Shown here piece by piece: positions 54,546 to 64,000 of a DNA stretch of 64,000 nt. A model generated the notes under the pieces. It was not told where the DNA came from and searched no databases. It saw nothing but the letters and a program-made list of their open reading frames with translations. The stretch is taken from the NCBI GenBank assembly GCA_951406725.2, contig OX597826.1:26164001-26228000 (forward strand), in the 5' to 3' direction. Every line of letters begins with the position of its first letter. Position 1 is the stretch's first letter. The stretch comes from Octopus vulgaris (lineage: Eukaryota). Made by a program: the position numbers and the translations under genes.

Positions 54546-56249
54546 TATATATATATATGTATGTATGCACACAAATTGTTTGAGATTAATTTGGCGATCT
54601 TTTTGTCTCGTCTTTTTCTTTTTTCAGAATAAGCTTAATGTATTGGTGAGCAGTCAATTTCTTTATTAACCATGAGTTTGAGAAAAAGAGGGACGATTAC
54701 GAGGACAAAGAAAAGAAAAATTGGGGTTAGGGTATCGAATGAGACAAAACGTATGAATAAACAAACAATTAAAATATATACAATTAAATGAGAATGAGTG
54801 ATTTACAAAAAATGAAGCGGAGGGCGCGGTCGACCCCACAAACCATATACTCACACTGAAGACTTTGCTTTCTCCTTTTTATATTCTCGTTTAAACCGGT
54901 TCTTTCAGTCTCAACATACTTGCTATAGGCTTCCATATTTTACGAAACACACAGTCAGTGGCATAGAGAAATAGAAGCGTCAAAGGTGTAGTTGAGAAAA
55001 AGCTAGTTGAGATGAAGCTACTGAAAGCCATCTGAATATTGGAAGGAGTTACCTATGTGATGATGATATCTCGCGGATGTCAAAATGTCAATGCTATGTC
55101 TTCTGCTAAAAACCCTGTGAACATTGTAAAGTCTGTGAGACGTGACATGGACAACTACAACAGTGTGCTAGGAAACCATGGCTAGCAGAAAAGACACAAC
55201 AGGCGTTCTGACTGCGTTCGTACGACAGGATTCATCTAAGAACTGATGAACAAGGCTTTGGGCTTAATTCCGACGATTATGAGTAGCTACTGGCGACTTT
55301 AGTCAATGCCTGCCTTGAGAGAGTTGATGCTGGAAGGCCATATATATATATGGTAGCAGGATTCGATTCCTTGCCTTACCTCCTCAAAGTATCAGAACTG
55401 GTTGTCGGAAAATTTCTACGACTTCAACAGCCCCAATTTCTGGCCTCGTAATTCCACCGATTGTAATCCTATGGATTACTATGTGTGGGGCACTGTTGAG
55501 AAAGATGCCAGGCATCAAAAGCCTATATGAGAATCTCTCTTGCATTTTCTACCGCAGTATATATATTTTTCTAACAGCATACACATTTAAGTGGGGATAA
55601 TTATTATGAATAACATGAGACCTAAAGTCTTTGAGGTCATTGATCTCTTTGACTTTTGTGAGACAATTGGGATAAATTACGGCAGGTTACTTTCATCTAC
55701 GTTGATGATCACTTATCCATGTATTCGGTTGCTTTTGCATTGAGAGACATGCCAACTTTAGTTACAGCATTCTGCAACAAGTTTTGTGCAATCCACTCTT
55801 GCCGATCTGTGAGTGCAAGATCCACTTCGTGGTAGAGACGCATACACGCGTGCGTGCACACACGCGTGCGTGCACACACACACATTTGAAATATATGTAA
55901 ATGTATATTTATTATCATGGCCAACAAAACTGTGCAAATATGAAGTTGTTGCATCGATACCAGAAATTGGTATTATTTAATTTCTGTATGCTGAATTCAA
56001 ATATGAAGTTGGTTTTTCTTTTAAACTCCAGGGATTTTGTAATGAAGATCTTTTAAAATTTTCCAAATTTCGAATATTTTCCGAGATATGATATAGTCCA
56101 TCTGATAATTTTCTAGTTATACTATCCTTAAACTAGGGGGAAAAGAACAAATACCTATGCATTGAGATCCTAACTTTATTCATATATATGAATTACTACA
56201 CACAAAAAGAATTAGGCTATAAAAATAAAACTTTTTATACTAATGCTGA

Positions 56250-57900
56250 GAAAAATAAATGTTGTCTTGTGCCAGTTTTATTCTCCATCTGCTTTTCAGT
56301 TGAAAACATATATCATATGCAGTTGGTAGTTGTACATAGCTGAGAAATTGATTAGGATGGAAGATGAAGCACAAGTAGATCTTATTCAGGCAAGAATTTG
56401 CGCTTGGAGTTTTTGCGTTTGCAGACTTTCTCAGGTAAATCCCATGTAATGCTCCAGTGTAGTGTCATCATGTTTTTGTCACATTGCCTTTAATCACTCT
56501 TCCATGATCCTGAGGTCTTGGTGGAAGCTCTCACTTTGTTCATCACTTACATCTACAAAGTTTTCGGACAACTGATCGAGGTGACTATGCAGGAAATGGA
56601 GTTTAACACTCATGTTACACCCAAGATCATGAAAGGTCGACAACGTATTATTTACGAGAATGTCATAGTCATCTGCTTTTCCGTTTCCAAGAAAATGTTT
56701 TATGACTGCTACAATCGACAGCCATGCTACTCTTGCCTTGTCATTTATCTTTCCGACAAATTCTTCACTGCGTACAACGGGACAAATCTGAGGTCGTCAA
56801 ACACACCTGCTTTGATCTTCTCAAATCACAAACCAGGTAATGCAGAGGATAGATGTTGAAAACATTCATATCAATCTTAGAGAATTGCTTCAAGCTGACA
56901 TTTATATGGAGCAGTGGGAAAATAATTTTTTTTCTCTGGACCATTCACAATATTTGACACGTCTGATTCCAGAATCTCACGAATTGGTCACGTCTTCTGA
57001 ATCCAGTGTTTCTCTTGAGCTCGGTTGTCTCACATGCAGAGGTAGCAAGGATACTTTGTGAAACCTTTCTGTTGGCTGAGGAGGAAATTGACCATTTCCA
57101 AGTCTATACAAATGGTCTGGTTGTGCTCATGATATTTTAGTTAGTCAATGGCCATTTTTAGGTCATATTCTTGCAAACGCACTGAGTGGCCAAATGGGAT
57201 AACTCCATTAACACTGAAATTGTGTAGGAGAACACACTTTAGGCTGTGCTTTGAACTGGCTAGAAACAGTCGTCAGTCAGTTGAACAGTACGAGTGATTC
57301 CTAATTCTTGGAAAAGAACGGGAATATCGAGGTAAACAAAGTGTTTCTCTTCTGAAAAAAAAAATGACACAAGAATCTGGTCTCGTTTGCAAAGATAAGA
57401 AACTTTAGCCGTTTGGTCGAGTAGATGTTTTTCTTGCAACCTGGACGCTAGAACTTCATTTGTAGTCTTGGGGAGTACCAGATTACGCACACAACTATTC
57501 AGTTCTGTTTGGATACATTTTTGAGGAGTTTATTTTTCGGGACCCTAAGAGGGATCGGTCTTAGAATTCTGAAATAATTATTTGATTTTCGTTATCCTCC
57601 TTGTATTCTTGCTCGCTAGATTTGGAATCGAGAGTGTCTCAGAGTGCATAATATGTTTAATTGCTGAAGGAATATTGGGATAAGATACTTCACACCTATT
57701 TTTCTTGCCGATGCCTTTGTGTTAACTATACAAAAAAAAAAATAATAATAAGTCACTTGTGTGGTTACTGGGCTCTCGCCAAAGCATAGGAACTATAAAG
57801 GCAGACCCTTTCGTTTTCTTTTTGTCAAATCACGAAGCATTTTCTCACAATTTTGACACACAACATGAGGGCCCCTTTCTTTTTCGTCTTGGTCGCCCAG
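56250..57900 (-). pseudogene. Decayed DDE DNA transposase (Sola2-like by recalled motifs)
   Basis: Minus-strand remnants REPSNHTSD, RNLVLPK..EVLASRLQEKHLL, SSKHSLKCVLLHN, VIPFGHS, KYPCYL, KIKAGVFD, HFLHSHLD and VSDEQSESFHQDL. Many lesions. Confidence 0.55.
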
Positions 57901-58454
57901 GGGAACTCATATCGTAATGCAGACCTCAGCATTAAGATCTGAAATGTAAGATTTCAAATACCCTAATTATTGAGGCTTGTCTCATCCAATGTTAAATGTA
58001 CCCATAAGGCCACATTTTGTACTGAAATAAATCCACCAACATTATTATGGATCTCTGAATCATCAGAAACAGCTGTTGGAATTATGATTCCTTTCTTCCA
58101 CTCCTTTAATTTTCTCTGTCGTTTGTATTCTGGGTGAGTTGAACTTGTTGAAATAAGTATCTATATATTTATACATATACAATCATCATTTGAAAGTTTC
58201 CACCTTTGTTGTTTCTCGTTTGGCATATATAGATATATACATATTTTGTATTTGATGTATCTAATATATTTGATATATTTGATGTGTCGAATTTGTTTAT
58301 CCGCATAATTGCCTCTATACCCGCTCAACCTGATCCCTCTTATAACCTTTCTGAAGTAATAAGTAGATGAAATTGAGGTACTTGGTTGTTACTCTAGGCT
58401 TCGTCAGAGATTTTTTATAAAGTACATAAGGTTATGTATATATATATTTATATA

Positions 58455-58528
<74 letters not shown>

Positions 58529-58559
58529 TTATTTATTTATTTATATTTATTTATTTATA

Positions 58560-59090
58560 TAAAATCAAAATAAGTGACAGGGTGTCAAGTATTAGTGCAA
58601 TACGACCGTTTCAAGCAGCTCCATTTAATTGAACAATGCAAGCATTACATCAGTTTAAATACAGTTATATCTCTAGTTGCAATAAACATGGATTTTCAAC
58701 AGACAAGATATACTAATATTAGGCAGATAAAAATATTAGAAATGAATTATAATCCTATGACCCTCACAATGTTCTATGCCAGACCAAATGGTAGTTCTTC
58801 TCTTTTATCATTCTTGTTGTAATAGTGATTGCATGAAATTCTTTCATTCTCCAGCTCTGAGAAAATTATATTAATATATCTTGTCTGTTGAAAATCCATG
58901 TTTATTGCGACATGTTTTTAAACTGATGTAATGCTTGCTTGTCCAAATAAATGGAGCAGCTTGAAATGGTCGTATTGCACTAATACTTGATCCTGTTACT
59001 TATTTTGATTTTATTCACCTTACTTCAAGCTGTGCAGATAATGCCGGACTGACCTGGTGCATCAACTTAAGTAACTAATTCAATTGAATC

Positions 59091-59095
<5 letters not shown>
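58560..59095 (+). mobile_element. TA-flanked element with an inverted 5' segment and HHR-like motifs (variant core CTGATGTA)
   Basis: 58560-58720 is the reverse complement of 58868-59015. The motif CTGATGTA ATGCT..GCTT GAAA (C/T)GGTCG TA occurs at 58923-58974(+) and 58601-58653(-). Stem I is weak. Confidence 0.5.
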
Positions 59096-59143
<48 letters not shown>

Positions 59144-59144
<1 letters not shown>

Positions 59145-59542
59145 GGCGTAAGAGTGGCTGTGTGGTAAGTAGCTTGCTTACCAACCACATGGTTCCGCGT
59201 CCAGTCCCACTGCGTGGCACCTTGGGCTAGTGTGTTCTACTATAGCCTCGGGCCGACCAAAGCCTTGTGATTGGATTTGGTAGACGGTAAATGAAAGCCC
59301 GTCGTGTATATATATATATATCTATATATATATTTCTTTACTACCCACAAGGGGCTAAACACAGAGGGGATAAACAAGGACAGACAAACGGATTAAGTCG
59401 ATTACATCGACCCCAGTGCGTAACTGGTACTTAATTTATCGACCCCGAAAGGATGAAAGGCAAAGTCGACCTCGGCGGAATTTGAACTCAGAACGTAACG
59501 GCTACGCATTTCGCCCGGCGTGCTAACGTTTCTGCCAGCTCG

Positions 59543-59610
<68 letters not shown>

Positions 59611-59793
59611 GTATATATGTATGTGCGTGTATATGCTTGTGTCTACGTTTCTCCCTCCAACATCGCTTGACAACCGATGCTGGTGTGTTTACGCCCCCGT
59701 AAATTGCTAAGCTTACAAAGAATAAGTACTGGGATCGATTTGCTCGACTAAAGGCGGTGCTCCAGCATGGCCACAGTCAAATGACTGAAACAA
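59144..59793 (+). mobile_element. SINE A with SINE B (59333-59545, minus) nested in its internal (TA)n
   Basis: The head (59144-59305) and tail (59630-59793) of family A flank an inverted family B copy. Confidence 0.8.
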
Positions 59794-59799
59794 ATACCC

Positions 59800-60090
59800 A
59801 TGGCAAACGAACCTCCACCAACTATTCTGCCTATAGTGTATGTGCACACCTTTACATGCAGTGTATGCCAGAAGGTTTGCAAAACTAACGGAGGCCTCAA
59901 AAGGCATTTTAAGATCCACAAAGATCAGAACGTATCTGCAGCTCTTGGTGGTCCAAATCGGAAACCGTATGTGCAATCTATGTGGGTGTCTTTTCAGAAC
60001 ATTGTCTGGTTTAAAAAGCCACATCAGATTCCATGATGGTGCTGCGGTGTAGTTACAAGAGGTGGTCAAACTCCTTTGCAAATACTGATA
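59800..60090 (+). pseudogene. Frameshifted double C2H2 zinc-finger fragment, probably a LINE ORF2 3' end
   Basis: CSVCQKVCKTNGGLKRHFKIH and CNLCGCLFRTLSGLKSHIRFH lie in different frames. No splice context links them to a host gene. Confidence 0.45.
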
Positions 60091-60267
60091 GGGCACAGAT
60101 AGTGTGTCAATAGCCAGCTGGAGATGTCTTCCCGGGGCTACAAGCTACAGTAGCATCAACCCTTAAGTGTTAGTCACATTTAGGTCAAATATACTTCACG
60201 ATGTCAAGCAGCTACTGTTTATACCTCGCTCAGGGATTTCTTATTGCTTATATATATATATATATTA

Positions 60268-60319
<52 letters not shown>

Positions 60320-60902
60320 GTTATTATTATTAGCATTAACTGATCTTCTGTCTGAGCTCTTACAGAGATTTTGGACAATTATTAATTATTCCTTTCTGCT
60401 CTAGGAGGAAGGCCTGAAGTTTTTGGAGAGGAGACTAGTCGGCAGAATTTGAACTCGGAGCGTAGAGACAGCCAAAATTTCGCTAGGCATTTTGGTCCCC
60501 AGCGTGAATACAGTTCTAACATTTCGTTGCATTTGGGAAATTGAATATTATTGTAATTCAGAACATTGACACACCTTAAAATATAAGGATGTTAATAAAA
60601 CCGGATGATTTTTGAAGATAACCGATGATCAAGGAAGTGGTAGGATAAACCAAGAAAAAAAACAATAAAAAGAGAGAGAAATACAATTTTAAAGTAGCCC
60701 TTGAACAACAAAATATTATTTAAATAAAAGTGTGATTCAGTGTAAATAAATCCAAACATAATTTAATCCCATTTTTCTTTGTCAAACTAATTTCCTATCG
60801 CACCTATTTTGATGACAGAAGACCCGTATAGATTCTTAGAATTGGGCTTGTTGTTTTGATTTCAGTCCCTGAAACTAGTAAATAGACGGATGTGGATAAA
60901 CC

Positions 60903-60910
60903 TATAAATA
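60903..60910 (+). promoter_or_regulatory. TATA box of gene 3
   Basis: TATAAATATGGAAC, identical to the gene 1 element and 116 nt upstream of ATG 61019. Confidence 0.6.
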
Positions 60911-61018
60911 TGGAACTCTACACTCTGATGTTAGCCACTCGCCTCCATTCTGCCAAACTACTTTCTCATTAGCGATCGAACTTGTGTCGAATTTTGAGAA
61001 AACAAAACCAACACCACG

Positions 61019-61109
61019 ATGAAGATGATGAACACTCTCATTTATTTGGCTCTCATGTTCTATCTGGGAACTGGTGCTGTCGTAGATACTGAAACAAAGA
61101 TAAGTGAAG
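61019..61109 (+). CDS. Gene 3 exon 1 (third paralog; other exons not found in the window)
   Basis: Encodes MKMMNTLIYLALMFYLGTGAVVDTETKISE plus 1 nt, donor AG|GTAGGT. The 5' UTR (GTGTCGAATTTTGAGAA) and coding part align with exon 1 of genes 1 and 2. Confidence 0.75.
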
Positions 61110-61791
61110 GTAGGTACTACTTTAGTGTAACACAATACACGCACATACATACTCACGCACACATACACACGCGCGCACACACACACACACAGACGCTCAA
61201 ACATACACACACACAAACACACACACAACACACAGAGTGTGTAAAAGAAATCGGAAGGTTGGGTCGCCAATCAGGCTTTTCACGATAGCCTTAAAGCTAG
61301 GATTTCTCAGAACCCACTCATACATCTAAATGCACTTAATTTGCTACAAATGGCAGCAAAACTGTCGGGCAAACAGACTATCTTCCATGAAAATATTCTT
61401 TTCTCCTCTAGGCACAAGACCCGAAATTGTGTGGGAGGGCACCAGTCGATTATATCGACCCAAGTACGCAACTGGTACTTAAATTATCAACCCCGATAGG
61501 GTGAAAGGCAAAGTCGACCTCGGTAAAATTTGAACTTGGAACAAAAATACAGACGAAATACTGTTTGGTATTTCGCACCCTGCGTGCTAACGTTTCTTAT
61601 TTCTTTATTACCCACAAGGGGCTAAACATAGAGGGGACAAACAAGGACAGAAAAAGGGATTAAGTCGATTATATAGTCCCCGGTGCGTAACTGGTACTTA
61701 ATTCATCGACCCTGAAAGGATCAAAGGCAAAGTCGACCTCGGCGGAATTTGAACTCAGAACGTAAAACAGACGAAATACCGTTACACACGC

Positions 61792-61828
<37 letters not shown>

Positions 61829-61941
61829 CACACACACACACACAAACATATATATATATATATATATTGGGTTATCCCATAAATAATGCTGTTTTTCAAA
61901 ATGAAAGAAGTATTAATAACTGCATTATTTATTGGATGACC

Positions 61942-61993
<52 letters not shown>

Positions 61994-62583
61994 TTGTGTG
62001 TTTGTGTGTCAGAATATAAGAATAAAAGAATTCACGTAGTCGCAGATAGATTATATCTTTAAAACAATTGTGAGATGTCGACAAAACACGTTGGACAGGT
62101 CTTTTCTACTATATCCCTGGGTCGACAAAGTACCTTGTGAGAGAAATTGGTACACAGAACGTGTATGGAACTCCAACGTATACACACACACACACACAAA
62201 TATATACATATATATATACATATACGACGAGCTTCTTTCAGTTTTCGCCCACCACATTCACTCAAAAGGCTTTGGTTGACCTGAAGCTATAGTAGAAGAC
62301 ACTTGCCCAAGTTACCACACAATGGGACTGAAGCCGGAACCATGTGGTTGGGAAGCAAGCTTCTTACCACTCACCCTATATATATATATACATTTTTTCT
62401 TTCCTTTTTTCTCTCCTGTTTCCTCTCCTTATTTCCCTCCTTGTTTTTTCTGTGTCCCTTTCTGTAGAAGAGCGTAGGCTCGAAACGTAAAATGCTTTTT
62501 CTATCCCTGAGCGTTATACTAATACATCTGTTTGTTTTGTACACCACCTGTCTTCGTCTTTTGTTTTTTTCGTAAACTCTCCC

Positions 62584-62614
<31 letters not shown>

Positions 62615-63339
62615 GCATGTATGTATATATTATTTATCTGCGTGTGTATATGTGAGTATCTTTGTGCATGTCTCTAACCGGGAGCAACCGCTCCTGTTTT
62701 GTCTACGTTCCCATAGCAAATCGTTTCAACAATACAATAGGCACCATGATATATAAGAAATGAACCCTGGTGTCGAATTTTTCCGATTTTTTCGACCTTT
62801 TACTGGTGTCAGTATTTTGGAGCCCATGAACACGGTGTTCTGACAAGGGCTAAGCGGTTAAGAAGGCCTCTTCGTTACCTTGTGGTCTTGTCTTCACCGA
62901 AGGACCCCTGCATTCTCGTGCCCAGTATATTGGGTGAATTAATTCTTTTATAACTTTCTTTCCATTATGTTCTCTAAGAATTGTATTTATTGGTTGATCT
63001 GAAGATTCTGATTCTTACTCGCTTCAAGAAAATAGTGACGGTGACATAATCATCCCAGCGTTATATTAATGATGTCATTAATCTCCCTCTCTCATTTAAA
63101 TGTATATGAAGAATTAGCTTTGTGTGCATGTATGAATACCTGTATATACTCAAACACATCTCTCCCCCCTCTCTCTCACTATGTGTGTGAGAGACAGAGA
63201 GAGAAAGAGAGAGAGTGTGCGAGTGTGTGTGCGCGCGTATCTACTTAAGCTAGTTCCTACCTTTCAAGCAATGTTCTTAAATCCAAGCTTAACTTGCTTT
63301 CTACCTGCCTATATCAATACCTATATATCTACCTATATA

Positions 63340-63900
63340 TTGGGTTGTCTGGAAAGTTCGTGCCGATTTATAGTAGTTTACCTTTCGACTTATTTTAGAA
63401 CATGTTTGAGTCCATAAAATAGGATTTGACTACATCTCCATTTAGAGCACAGTTTAAGCTATCTTTTCGTGGAAGAAGGTTTATGTTCCTATAAACTGTG
63501 TTAATTCTGTAACCCTTTAAAATGGAAGAAAGTTCATTTTCGGCACTTGATGGTTTGGGAACTAGACTAAAATTGCTGCAGCTCGGCTGAGATGTGTTAC
63601 CCCACCCTCCATATTCACCAGATGGTACTCCATCGGATTTCCACTTATTCAGGTCTCTGCAGAATAGTCTTAATGGTAAAAATTTGAGTTTCTTGGATGA
63701 CGTAAAAAGATACCTTGATGAATTCTTTGTCATGAAACCACCTCAATTCTGGAAAGTGGGTATTTTCAAGTTAAAGGAAAAATGGAGACGCATTGTGCAA
63801 CAAAATAGTTCATATTTGGTTGATTAAAAATGTAATGGCAAGTATTTATTGACCCTTTTCTTTCCTTTAAAAATCGGCACAAACTTTCCGGACAACCCAA
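63340..63900 (+). mobile_element. Internally deleted mariner element
   Basis: TIRs TTGGGTTGTCTGGAAAGTTCGTGCCGATTT / AAATCGGCACAAACTTTCCGGACAACCCAA with TA on both sides. The interior encodes HPPYSPDGTPSDFHLFRSLQN...GIFKL..KW. Confidence 0.9.
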
Positions 63901-64000
63901 TATTTATGAACCACATTCGCAAATTTCTACATATCTACACACGACACAAATAATTGAATCTCCTACACCATGACACATGAATCACATCAAATATTATATC

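Noticed and set aside
55227-55280. Isolated CTGATGA matches (also at 18317 and 13902)
   Set aside because: No downstream GAAA, stem III and NUH with a matching stem I.
59800-60052. C2H2 zinc-finger host gene
   Set aside because: The two fingers are in different frames, there is no TGEKP linker and the fragment abuts a SINE. It is more consistent with a LINE tail.
61110-64000. Exons 2-4 of gene 3
   Set aside because: I searched for YER..QxDRM, CSW..CC and LQFS-like coding segments and found none. They presumably lie beyond the window, or gene 3 is a fragment.

Overview
Eukaryotic, AT-rich and repeat-dense DNA, probably from an octopod cephalopod. That assignment is an inference from the extreme (TA)n/(CA)n/(GA)n density and the recurrent tRNA-headed SINE families. 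Almost all ORFs in the six-frame track are microsatellite or repeat artefacts. Two layers are visible only by reading the sequence. (1) A tandem cluster on the + strand encodes secreted cysteine-rich proteins. Gene 1 has 4 exons (3927-18036, 250 aa), gene 2 has 4 exons (26375-35258, 241 aa), and only exon 1 of gene 3 is in the window (61019-61109). Genes 1 and 2 share a signal peptide, an acidic pro-region, a C-x8-CC-x9-C-x59-C-x17-C core (DUF4773-like by recollection) and an acidic tail. (2) About ten distinct families of Penelope-derived, mostly non-coding elements carry type I hammerhead ribozyme (HHR) motifs. These include tandem arrays with 363, 491 and 618 nt units and one HHR per unit, which is the retrozyme / circular RNA architecture. 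The elements sit in (TA)n tracts, usually carry an inverted 5' segment, have palindromic stem III, and show recurring core variants (U3-A8, C4, unpaired 10.1/11.1, very long stem II). The window also holds decayed Helitron, R4-like and RTE LINEs, GIY-YIG Penelope remnants, Tc1/mariner derivatives, HINE-like elements and local segmental duplications. All folds and alignments were done by eye, and repeat boundaries are approximate.
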